Below the pieces are notes generated by a model that was given only the letters and a program-made list of their open reading frames with translations, had not been told where the DNA came from and did not search any database. Made by a program: the position numbers and the translations under genes. Below, one piece after another: positions 53,101 through 64,000 of a stretch of 64,000 nt of DNA. Location: assembly GCA_030248215.1 (NCBI GenBank), contig JASANG010004046.1, positions 124,001 to 188,000 of the forward strand, written 5' to 3'. The DNA is from Enoplolaimus lenunculus (lineage: Eukaryota). The number at the start of each line of letters is the position of its first letter. Within the stretch, counting starts at the first letter, position 1.

Positions 53101-56100
53101 CGGACGGCGCCGAACATGTGACGGACGGCGCCGAACATGTGACGGACGGCGCCGAACATGTGACGGACGGCGCCGAACATGTGACGGACGGCGCCGAACA
53201 TGTGACGGACGGCGCCGAACATGTGACGGACGGCGCCGAACATGTGACAGACGGCGCCGAACATGTGACAGACGGCGCCGAACAGGTGACAGGTGACGGA
53301 CGGGGCTTAACAGGTGATGAACGGAGCTTGCACAGGTGACGGACGGCGCCGTACCACAAGTATAGCACAACCCTAAGTCTCGAACAAGGGGCTGTGCATT
53401 CTCAACTGCGTATAACACCTATCATCAGTTAGCAATGAAAGCTACATATGTTCGTTATAAGACTACTCTAAAATAGTTGATATTCCAAAAAATAGGCACC
53501 AACTGGATTTTGAATCGTTTTGTAAACATGAGTTTTGTTGTCGAATATATTTAATATCAATGACTGTTCTAAAATTGAAAATTATACTGCAATGATAATT
53601 TAAAATTGTCGTGTTTTTTCCTGGTAAGAACGAATACACAGTGCCATACGTAGGGTTTACAGAGGCCTGGCCCTATTACGAAAATAAAATTAATTTCGAA
53701 ACCTTTAAATTAACGTTTCAAAGAATTTAACTTTGGACCTAGTGAAGGGTTTAAAATCGTGTGCAGTTTCGGGAATTCGCATGCTCACAGGTAGCTACTT
53801 GACAGCGGAAACTTTTCCAGGGGTCCAAAAATTTAGGGAGATAGCTGGCTCTTTGGTTTATTACATACGACTACGGGTCGGAGAACTGGCATCAAAAGCT
53901 CATCCTTTTAGTAAAACATCGTTTATTATACGATTTGATTAGGTCCCCTTTCGTGCTTACCTGGCAATCAACAGAAGGCGGTGGACATTCGACTCCAGAA
54001 TTGCATAATTCCGGCAACGGCTGATCGGGACATGGAAGCCCTCCGTACTGGGGCTGTTGTTCAATCAGAAGCTGGCGGGTTCTTTGACCAAATCCACACG
54101 AAACACTGCAGTCACTCAAGTCAGAATACGTGAACTGAAATAAACAATCTCTGGCTCGTGTACACTTTGTCTTAGGTTTAAGATTAAACCTTATTAGACA
54201 AACACTTAGGCTTTTTGTCTCTGGTCAGGGAACGGAGTCCAGCATAATTTCTGAACTTAAACCGATCGGAATGAAGTGTTGTCCCTAAACTATTAGTTAT
54301 GTTGACCCAATGCCGAGACTAGCACCCCTACCCTCAGGTCGATAGATCAAGGTTCGACTTTTTCTCTCACGATGTCTTGTCTCGTGCTTACCTGGCAATC
54401 AACAGGTGGCGGTGGACATTCAACTCCAGAATTGCATGATTCCGACTGGGGCAGATCGGGACATGGGAGACCTCCAAACCGCGCCTGTTGTTCAATTAGG
54501 AGCTGACGGGTTCTTTGACCAAATCCACACGAAACACTACAGTCACTCCAGTCAGAATACGCGAACTGGAACAAACGATAATTCATTCATAAAAGGCGTA
54601 CATGTATATAAGTGTGTTCTGGGCATGTTCGCAAACGTTAACCCTTCTGCCACGCTTTCATAGAGTGAAATTTAATAAAAGATAATTACAAACCACCAAT
54701 TTGAGTAAGACTTCTCGGTAAGTCAACTAACGCCAGAGATAAAAATTAATGCTCGCAATACAATCAGAAATTTACAACCTTTTGATTAATACTTATTTCT
54801 AACATTTTTATCCACGTTTTGCACTCGTCAACTTTTGTACCTGACAGTCGACCGGATCTGGTAGACAATCTATTCCGGTGTCACAAAGTTCCGGTTCCGG
54901 TTGTTCAGGACATGCGACGCCACCAAATTGTGCCTCCCGTACTATCACTAGTTGTTGAGTACGATATCCTGTACCACATGTTGCACTGCAGTCACTGAAT
55001 CCATAGTAACCATACTAAAATAACAGCAACGATAATATATAATGCATTTTTCACAATAACTTGAGCACACTATGTGACTTTACTAAATTCAGAAGAGCGA
55101 TATTGAAACTTTAGGCTCAGGCTTAGGCTTAGCAAAGGCTTAGGGGACGGCACCAGCATGGGTAAATCCGTTCCTAAAGCTAAGCATCAGCTTACGAGTG
55201 AATGTGGTTGAAATTGTACAAGATCTAACTGAATAATTAGCAAAAGTAGAGATTAGTTTTTGGCGTATTCAGCACTTGTTGGTATTAATACATCATTAAT
55301 GTGGGGTATGCACGTTATTGAACTCACTTCACAGTCTATTGGATCTGGTGCGCAAACCACACCAGTTTCACATGCCCTTGTCTCTTGTTGGAAGTACAAG
55401 CAAGGCTTCAAACCAGTTTTAACCTCGCCAATTGCAGGGGCACGTCGGAATTGCATACCAGAACCACACGTTGCGCTACATTCAGACCAAGGACTGAAGA
55501 TTACCTTAAATATTAACTGTTGCTAAAATCCCTTATAGCCCAAGGCTTCATTTTTGGAAATTTTAGGTTTAGTGTGTTTTTTTAACTGTTAAACAGTAGT
55601 CAATACAGTTGCAATATTTGAAACGCCAACTTATTTCTTTGTAACAATTATATTCATAAATTCTGTTTCGGTTTTATTTTAATTTAATAGTAAGCATAAC
55701 GTCAATAGTTAGCTGGAACTGTGAATAAATTATGTCTAATGGCCGTTTCGGTGTATATATTTATAGATAGATACATAATGGTTTGTTAAACCTTGTATAA
55801 CCTAGTCGACTTAAAAATACAAAAAATTGGTTATACTATCGGTTTGACAACTAGAAATCGAAATTCAACAATAATGAGCATTTTTTCAGTTTCAAAGTTT
55901 ACTCTCAAATCTAGGAGTCAGAAAAAATATGTGGCCAAGCTCCTTTAACTCAGAAAAACGGAGGTATTTTTATTAATTAAATATTTTTCCGAAATACATT
56001 TTTAAAAATTAATTTTTTTCCAAACAATTCGTTAAACGACGACAAGAATGTACACTGAAGTGTAGCGTAGCTCCACCTACATGGGTTCTCTATGTTTAGT

Positions 56101-59100
56101 TTAAACTAAAAGCTTAGGCTTGCAAACATAATGACCCATGTTAGTTTGAGAAGCGAACCATTTTTCACGGGACACGTACAGGGTTTGAGAAACGTTTGTC
56201 TTCTATCAAACTAACACTGGTGTGTGATGGGAAGTCAAACAAGTGCCAACCTGTACCTGACAGCCTTGATCATGACCTTGTGATTCCAAGGACGTCTCTT
56301 CTTGGCCGCCATTGATATTTACCAGGGCGCTCCCCGCAGAATTGACTTCTGCGCGTCTGCTTGATGCAGCCTGCCCTATAGATCCGGCTAAATCCGCTTG
56401 ATTTTCAATTCGAGTTAAATCTGAACTCTGAGTTCTAGTGCTATGATAAACATCGGAGCCGCCGCTTATTAGCTGACGTTGCCCGGTCAAAAGTCCTAGT
56501 GCGGACCTTGGGCTCATTAGTGCCACACAAGGCGGCATAGGGCACGGCCGGGTCACCCGGCCAAGTGGTCCGCATGGCATGCCTGAGCCGGACGGTGCTC
56601 TCACGATCCGTGGTTGATAATAACGAATGCCGCCAGGACCGCATGTTACGGAGCAATCGCTAACCGCGTCCAATACTGTTTCACATTCTACTAAAATGAC
56701 AGGAAATAATAAACAATTGTCAGTATATTTTGAACATAACGGCTTACGCTTATGAATATGCTTATAGTACTGTTACAGCCTTGTTCTATACATTGGCTAA
56801 ATATTCAAACTTCAAAAAGTATATAGACAACCCGCCCATAGCGAAATCCTAGAAAACCGCTGTTTCACATTTAAATCCACATTTAAAATTACGACTCAGG
56901 TTTAGGCTCCGGCTTAGGCTTCGATAAACGCGCTTAGAGGAAGGTTTACGTTTAGGCTTCAGCCTTTTGCAAAACCCGCGCGCTTAAGCGTAAGCCTGTG
57001 GGGGAAAAATTACACAAAGCAAGGAAATGCTACAACCGGTAACATTAAAGCGAAGATAACATACCAACAGATGCGCCGCATATCGTATGTGTAAGCAAAC
57101 TCAGTACATCATCGTCTAAATTGGTGAAATCTGCAGCTTCAAAGAAAAATTGTCGTTCACCAGCGATTGCCTGAAATACGCATAATCAAAATAAGGCATA
57201 TATAAGGGCAGGGATGGGGGTCAGGGGATATATCGCCTCCCAAAACATTTGGAACAGAAAAAAGTACGTTTCACAGGGCTTTCAATAACTTTCCGGGATT
57301 TGAAAAGGTTTAAAATGTTTTTCTAATTTGCTATCCACTCCCGAAATGAAATCATGACTATGCCCATGTTAAAATGTTTAGCCAAATATCTATATTCTAT
57401 GTATATATTATATATGTATTATATATACAATACACATATACCCTTACCATGAGTTGATTCAAGGATTGCTCTCGAGTTTCGTCATCGAGAGCAGCCAAAT
57501 TGACTCCGATTGAAAAAATTCGAACGCTATTTTGACGTAAACGCTCAGCGACTGGGATCGGGTCTGTCTGGGATCTGAAAATATAAAGAAATGGTAATTG
57601 GTATTCACTTGAACGTATATGTACTTGACCTCGGACCCCAAAATTATGGAGCCAGGATTTGGGGACCAGTTTTTTTTAATTTTCGAATCTGTGCCTATAA
57701 TCCTTAAATATGCTTGACACAAGGCCTTTCGCTGTATTCATAAATAAAAAGCTGGGGTAAATGCGACATTTTCCTTTACACTAAAATCTTTTGTTTGGTC
57801 AGGGGCGCCGGCAAGAATGTTGAGCAGGTTCGTCGACACTCTTAATACTTTGCGTAGGGTAGTCCACAAGCACCGTAACTTTAAAAAAATTAGAATTCTC
57901 AAAAAGTTCAGTACGATTTGCATCCTGCAACTAGAATTTAAATGGCTACGGTTTGATGGAAAGGTTGTTGTTCGAATTCCTTATGATTGAAATCGTGCCA
58001 CACGGTCTATAATTTTCGGATCATTGAGTGCTATGCGGCAGCATGTTCGGCTGAGAGACGAGTGTTCCGTGAAATAGTGGACGGCTCAAGGGGAAACGAC
58101 AACCCACCTGATTGGGCAATACCCCATAACCGTTCTAATCTATAAATGTGGGGTGAGAGAAACAAACAAGCACTGTTGCCTGGATTTCAAGTTAAGCCGA
58201 AAGGTCGTGTAGCTTTCAAACTGACAGTTCAACTAGAATTTATGTTCCAACTAAAGTTGGACTAATATGCTCAACAGCGATAGCAACAACTCGATGGAGT
58301 AAAAGCACAATCTCGCTGAAAGTTCGCTTCCAGCTTTGGTAGAAATGCGAGTCTGACAATTTCGGTAGTGAAATTTTGTCTAGTGCTATTTAGTGAGTTT
58401 GTGTGTAACTTTAGAGTAATTTTTGAAAGGTGTAATTCGTCGATGGGCGGCGACTCGACTTAAATGCCGATAATTTTTAAAATGGGTGCTTAAAGATAAA
58501 TTTTTTGACAACACGCAGCAGATTGCTGTTAAAAATAGTATTATAAACATCATTTTATCACCTAACATTTTTCAACTCCTACCAGTGCACCGGTTTGTTC
58601 AGCACCGGCTGTAACTTTGTGCTTTTCATCTACGATGGCACCCTGACTCAAGCGATAAGCAACGTTACTGTTACAAAGAAATGGTGATTTCGATCTTGTG
58701 AAGCAAATTTTATCATATTTGATTGTCAGATATACGGAATTTACCGGTCCGGCTTCAAGCTGGTCACATAAAATTAGCCCAGCATATGTAACAGCAGACG
58801 ACAATTCATAATCACGTTGCATGCTCTCGTTTAAAAGCGTGGACAGAAATAGATTTTGGAAGAGTAAGCCTCGCCATTGCTCTCCGGATTTATCTTACCT
58901 TCCGTCCGAAACATAAACAACAATATTTTCAAAATTTGGCCGATCTCCGCCTGATCGTGTGAAAATTTGGCTTTCAACGTGTTCCAACGCTCTGAAGTTC
59001 AATTAATTATTATATTTGAACATACTGTAGTGACCCGATTCGAACTCAAATTATTTGGTCCTGGAGTCATTTATGCGCTACAATTAGGGTTAATTGACAT

Positions 59101-60832
59101 TTATGGACTCGAATTAGGGTTTAGGGACTCTATCCGCTTACGGACTCTTTTTAGGGATACGGACTCCAATTGATTTGGACTCAAAATGGGGACCCCCTCT
59201 TATTACCCCACCCCCTCTTATTAGGGTCAATACAGTATATGTGATACACCTATATGATATGTATAGTGATTTTTCCAAAAATTTGGGCATTACATATTCC
59301 CGTTCATCCCACGCTTATATACGCTCCAGAATATGGAGGCCATAACTTGATGTTTCTAGCTGCTGATTATCACTTTTGCCTCTTCGTAGATCATAGATGA
59401 GCTGGCTACGGGTGTGCCATATCGAAATAAATATTGTTCCCAAGCTCCTAGAGAACGAACCTGAACGTAAGTCTACAATCCAAGCCTAAGCTTAAACTTA
59501 ATCCTAACCCTAAACCTAAGGTTGAGCGTTGAGTTGAGCCTAGGCCTTTTGATGTGATAATACAAACTGTATATAAAGGCGGAACTTTATTTTAACTCAC
59601 TCCTGTCCATGGGTGGATCCCCTTCGATACTGTAAAGTTTCAAGCGTACGCTGAATTTCATCATACGTCAAATGTTCACTGAGCGTGAATTCGACGTTAA
59701 CGCTAGTACTGAATTGAATAAACGATACGTGGCTGCGATCCGGGCCGAATTGAAAATGTCGCAGAAACGTTAACGCGAATTGGATTTCCTGGAAAGAAAT
59801 AAGTGGCCCTTGGGATTTTATTGTATTCTTCGCTTTCCATTGGTACAGGCTAACGCTTTGAGATATTCTTGGCTCTAGGCTTACACTTTGTTTTAGGTTT
59901 GGCTTTTACGCTCAAAAAAGGTTTACAATACTTTAGGTTCAGGCGTAAGGCTTATGCTCGTGCTTATTAATACTTACTGCCGTACACATTCATATCTGGA
60001 AATCAAATTTGAAGATATACCGGACCCACGTTGCCGAGTGGCACCACGAATTTGAAGACATGCCGGACCCACATTGCCGTGACTGGCACGTCGGACAACT
60101 CTACTCAGCGTAACCCGATATTGGGCACCACTGCCGATCACCAGAAAAATACTAAGCACACACCTTTTTCCAATTTTCTTCAGAAACACTTGTTGATCCG
60201 TCGAAAACCAACGCAATATCGTAATGGCGATTGGCACACGGCGTCGTGTGACCACAAACCGTTGTGATAAGCAAACGCGAGTCGAATATGAAAAGTAATG
60301 CAACAAATAGCCACAAACTGGGAAATTGGTTTCCCTGAAATTTGAAAAAGGAACTAAAATCTTTGGCTCCACAAAGTTAATACTGTGATGGTAGAAACGC
60401 CTGAATTGCGAATAAGCAGATAAAGCTACCATAAGGTGACGTAAGCTTAAATTTTGTTTGCAAATTTATTTGCGGCGCCAACTGGCGTCGTACAGTACCT
60501 CGAGTACGATGTCGCGCTGTAATGCTAAGCTGTCGTGAACGCTATGCAGTTTGCACAGGTGTAGGTACTTATTTAGTTCCACAAACATAATGTTCAGCCA
60601 CACTACGAACCTGAGCGTAAGCTTGAGCACATTCGCCCATGTGTAACCAGTCTAGGTTCTGGTTTTTGGTGGCCACACATTTCTCGCGCAGCGGGGATCG
60701 GACTTCCGCACACGAAACCCGCTATTCTTAGCTGAGTAAAATTGGCTTGAATTTAGCTCAAAGTGACATGTTTCAGTATTATTTGCCCAAAAATTCTACC
60801 CTCAAGTCGACCTTAAAGTAATGCCTTACCAT
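32185..60832 (-). CDS. Large secreted mosaic protein (signal peptide, VWA, 10x TSP1, 5x SEA-like module, 3x chitin-binding type-2), 29 coding exons, about 1661 aa
   Basis: Exons 5'->3': 60832-60830 (ATG only), 60334-60164, 59788-59601, 58991-58899, 57574-57448, 57170-57065, 56690-56257, 55504-55328, 55014-54841, 54565-54392, 54134-53961, 52139-51966, 51437-51264, 51074-50901, 49552-49376, 48901-48763, 48482-48291, 46992-46858, 46249-46100, 44825-44652, 43302-43156, 42189-42004, 40680-40516, 39186-38896, 37539-37306, 36293-36156, 34065-33931, 33013-32816, 32366-32185. All introns are GT-AG with compatible phases, and the total of 4986 nt is in frame. The first exon and the 33931 donor are the least certain. 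That all exons form one transcript is inferred. Confidence 0.82.
32575..32770. mobile_element. TTAGGC-core MITE (family A), best-preserved copy
   Basis: TIR GGCCCATGTATAGAACAGG / CCTGTTCTATACATTCGCC, with a perfect 8-bp flanking duplication CATTTGAG (32567-32574 and 32771-32778) and a (CCTAAG)n core. Confidence 0.88.
35848..36098. repeat. ~48-bp tandem repeat built from GCCTAA variants, about 5 copies
   Basis: Unit TTAGAAACTTTATCTTAAGCCTAAGCCTGAGCAGAAGCCTAAGCCTGT. Confidence 0.88.
38599..38781. mobile_element. TTAGGC-core MITE (family A)
   Basis: GGCCCATGTTACTTTAAGGGGCGT / ACGCCCCTTAAAGTAAC around (TTAGGC)n. Confidence 0.78.
40063..40492. mobile_element. Full-length MITE with TA flanks (Tc1/mariner-like)
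   Basis: TA-CTGTAGTGACCCGAAT...ATTCGGGTCACTACAG-TA. Related copies at 351, ~12930-13330, 24230 and 59025-59235. Confidence 0.85.
43349..43533. mobile_element. TTAGGC-core MITE (family A)
   Basis: GGTCAATGTTACTTTGACG / CGTCAAAGTAACATAGACA. Flanks CAATAGTT / CAATTGTG match at 6 of 8 positions. Confidence 0.72.
49813..50000. mobile_element. TTAGGC-core MITE (family A)
   Basis: TIR GGCCCATGTATAGAACAGGGCCGGA / TCCGGCCCTGTTCTTGACATGGGCC. Confidence 0.85.
52187..53373. mobile_element. Harbinger/Tourist-like MITE with an internally amplified satellite
   Basis: TAA-GGGTTGCGCTTACTT...AAGTATAGCACAACCC-TAA (imperfect TIR, TAA on both sides). Confidence 0.8.
52230..53350. repeat. 21-bp GC-rich tandem repeat, about 50 nearly identical copies, intronic
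   Basis: Unit GAACATGTGACGGACGGCGCC, with a GAACAGG variant near the ends. Confidence 0.97.
57065..60334 (-). other. Signal peptide and von Willebrand factor A domain exons of the mosaic gene
   Basis: Hydrophobic LWLFVALLFIF, then YDIALVFDGSTSV (DxSxS MIDAS), HVSFIQFST, RGSTHGQEAL, GGDRPNFENIVVYVSDGRS, LRQNSVRIFSIGV, LMAIAG and a closing Cys (HTIC). Confidence 0.9.
59025..59235. mobile_element. CTGTAGTGACCC-family MITE, internally deleted copy
   Basis: TA-CTGTAGTGACCC...GGGTCAATACAG-TA. Confidence 0.8.
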
Positions 60833-63800
60833 TTTTTAAATTTTGACAAAGAACGTCACCGAAACGCCGTAATTTTTCTAAATTAACCAAACTTGGTGAT
60901 CCACAAAATTTTTTTGAAGACAAACTGGAATAGAACCACGAAAAGGCAAACGGTTTTAAAATTAAACAATATTAATGACCAGATTTAAAAATCTAGCTAG
61001 AATTAGTATGCAAATTTTCGCAACTTAAACGACTCCATATCTCTACAACCTGGTTGGCGGAATTGCTTGGAAGGATTTCAAAATCTAGTTTGCGCATTCA
61101 AGCACTTTCTGTCCACAAGGCACTCTCTTTTTCTGATTATGTTTCGTAAGCTTAAACAAAGACTTGCTTCTGATCCCAAGCAAGGTTTGAGGATCATGTG
61201 TACACATTATAGTTTACAGTTGTAAGCATTAGGCTTTGGCATTTAAAGGGCTTGGACATATTTTTGCAACAAGCTGTATTCATGTTATAGGCAACAGGGC
61301 ATAGCGTGGATTTCACTTCCGGAGAGTATAACTTCATAGAAATGTTTTATGCTGGCCAAAGTAGCACGCAAGCAATTTTTTTGACAGTTATAGATCCGGG
61401 ATGTTATTGTAAAGCATGTTGAATCTGTATTTGTCTTATTTCGAAAAATTTTCGGAATGAATTTGTCTACTCTATCGTTCTTTTTACGTGCGCCACGGAA
61501 ACAAAGACATTAGTTTTCAGGATTGTAATGCTTTATTCTTATTGTTGGGCTCCGATATGCCCCGTGATGAAGTCCGATACTTAATTGGCTGAATCAGTGG
61601 CTTGCTTAGGCTCAGACTGACTTTCAGCCAGAAACAAAGCCTCAAAGACGATGACATTAACCTAAAAGCTTTTAATAGGCTTTTGTAACGAAATTGCTCA
61701 GACATACATTTATATCCGTGAAGGATGTCTTATTCCTGATTGGCTGAATCAAAGGCTAGCTTAAAAGTTAGGCTTAGAGTTATATTCAGGCAAGGGTAAA
61801 TCCTTATAGACGTTCATTTAAAGTTATGAGCATTAATAGGTTTAGGTTTTTAAATGGCTCCGACGTACTTTTGTAACCGGCATCTGAACGTACTCCACTT
61901 TGGTGAAAATACCAGGTATTTTCAGGGAATGTTTTACGTCGGAAGCAGAGGTGTAAGCGAGTAAAAAATTTTCCCGCGTTGCGCTTTACCCGTGAAAACT
62001 TTATTTTTAACCCGGGGGTATACCCGCGCAATATTCCTTTACAAGTTGCCCGTCTTTACATGCGCAAAATTTTTTTTATCGTTACCGACCTTACCTGCTC
62101 TTATTTATTCTTCTGCGTTCATACAATTGTGTGATTTTACAGTGCATAGATGTGGCTCGCCCGATTACACGTAACAAAAACTTATTACCGGTAATTTTCA
62201 AAACAAACCATTAAGTAAAAAATGTCGGTTAATATTGCACATTAATACACCTATCTTCGTTAAAAATATGTTGTTTGCCGATCGGTGATCAGTGAATCAA
62301 AACATTCTTGTCTGCACAAAATCGTTGTAGTTAAGAACTTAAAAGCGCATAAATCATACATTTCTTTACGGTTTTGTCGCAATTTGTGTTAAGACCTTTT
62401 TCAGAAAGCTGTAAATGTATTGTTTTTCCTGCCAAAGGAAAATATAACCTCTACAGGAACGTTAAGAATGTGGGCAAATGAAATATCATATTGTTTCTAC
62501 CTTCAAAAAGCGTTTAAATATTTTTCGATTTAACAGCAGGTTTCTGGTGTGTAATACTTATTTTTCACTCCGGTAACAACAGTTTAAAAAGTCAACTTTT
62601 AAGCCGAAGCGTAAACGTGGGGGATGTCAACATGAACCCGATACGTTTCTGCAAATGCCCTTTTAATGTAGTTTAGTGTACTGCAGTTTCCGCCATGGCT
62701 TAGCTGATATTTAGCCAATTTACTTCTAAAGGGGAATTTCACACTACCGACTGGCATATATGTAGCCGTATTTTTAACTGAGGACGAGCGTTTGGACTTT
62801 GGGCCATGTAGGAACGAAACGTTTTTCTACTCGACTGCAATAGAGTAAGCTTAATGTTTAGATTATTTTTTACTTAGGCTTCGAATTGGGCTTAGGCATC
62901 TACAATTTCGTCATAATTAGCCTAAAAGTTAAGCGTGAACCTAAGCCTAAAAGAAAGCAAAAATATGTTGTAAAATCTAAGCATACTTTTTTACAGGCTC
63001 GCAAGAAAACGCGGCGTCCGTAACAGGGGGCATTTGGATGATGGCCTTGAAATAAATATTTTTAGCCTGGTGTAAGGAACAGTCGTCGACTCAGTACCTG
63101 CCCTGAATGCGTCCCAGTAAAGATCATTAACCATGTTTTTTGCTGTTAAGGTACGGGTCTTGGTACGAATAAGGGGTGAACCATTTTTCGCGGGACTGCA
63201 ATGAAGTAAGCTTAAGCGTTAGACTAATTTTTTGCTTAGGCTTAGTTATAGGCTTATTGCTATGGCTCTGTTCTTTACGTTGACCCGATTTGGTTTGAAT
63301 CTAGAAGCGGCTCAGTCTGGTTTCAACCTCGTCAAAAAGCTTTAGCATAATCTACGTGTTTGTGAATTATGTATTTTTCAGCACACTTTGCAGGGTGCAA
63401 TGTATTTCCGCAGGACTCTAATCGAGTAAGCTTAAGCTTTAGACTATTTTTTAGCTGGGTTTAGGCCCGGGCTTATTTGTAGGGTGTTTTGATCATATTC
63501 TGAAGTGCTTAATTTGTTGGGTCGGCTACACATCTGTATGGATTCTTCTTGCAGTAATAGAAAAGTCGAAGACTATTTTACACTTGTCCCGCAGACATAT
63601 GGTTATGCTGCCGTTTTGGAAAAGGCTTACCCAAGCTTAAGCCTGAACCATTGTCAAAGTCTTTACCTAAGCCCTGAGCCTAGCTCTTCACATAAAATGT
63701 TGGGGACGTGTACAAGAACTAAGTTAAGTAATTAAAAGGACACCAATACTGGTTTAGCAACATTCTTGGTTTATTATAATACTTCGTATATATGTATACT

Positions 63801-64000
63801 CAGTCAAAACAAATCGCGGGGTATGAAAAGAAAAGAATCAGCTTTCGCTAATCTTCGACAGGGGGTTTAGCCAGGATTTCATTTTGGAAAGGTGTAACTG
63901 CATTGCAGAAACAAAGTTGCCAGCTAGAATAGCGATCGCAAACTAAATTTAAACATGAAACGTCAGTTTCTATGCAATCCGTAAACTGTTGCAGTCCAAG

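Larger units (their letters stand above)
48763..56690 (-). other. Ten TSP1 (F-spondin-type) repeat exons of the mosaic gene
   Basis: Repeated pattern DCQ|xxYSDWSDCSVSCGFGQRTRQ...QFGGLxCPD...ExCNSGVxC. Six exons are exactly 174 nt and phase 0-0. Confidence 0.92.

Noticed and set aside
52230..53350. CRISPR-like appearance of the regular array (also 2249-2490)
   Set aside because: There are no unique spacers, the units are head-to-tail, no cas genes are present and the context is eukaryotic.
52196..53418. Four long ORFs of 350-403 aa on both strands
   Set aside because: They are an artefact of a 21-bp repeat that is stop-free in several frames. The array lies inside an intronic MITE.
58260..58830. 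Possible hAT transposase relic (a TTRWS-like peptide)
   Set aside because: Only a few residues, surrounded by stops, and not supportable without a search.
59974..60432. 152-aa minus-strand ORF from the track
   Set aside because: Wrong frame. The real exon (60334-60164) is in another frame and encodes the signal peptide and VWA start.

Overview
AT-rich, intron-rich eukaryotic DNA, almost certainly nematode: it contains a cuticle collagen with a Col_cuticle_N-type N-terminus, TTT(C/T)AG acceptors and abundant TTAGGC telomere-like hexamers. I reconstructed four spliced genes by hand; each reads as an unbroken frame across its splice sites. (1) A RABGAP1/GAPCenA-like TBC Rab-GAP (+, 13 coding exons, about 760 aa). 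(2) A small two-exon orphan gene (-) convergent with it. (3) A cuticle collagen (+, 7 exons, 299 aa). (4) A ~29 kb gene (-, 29 coding exons, about 1661 aa) for a secreted mosaic protein: signal peptide, VWA, 10 TSP1 repeats, 5 copies of an unrecognised ~90-100 aa SEA-like module, and 3 chitin-binding (CBM14) domains. Introns and intergenic DNA are filled with non-autonomous transposons. Two families carry degenerate telomeric repeats, and one Harbinger-like MITE has amplified into a ~50-copy satellite. No autonomous transposase, rRNA or CRISPR was seen. Most ORFs in the supplied track are spurious or partial exons. All family assignments come from motif recognition, not database searches.
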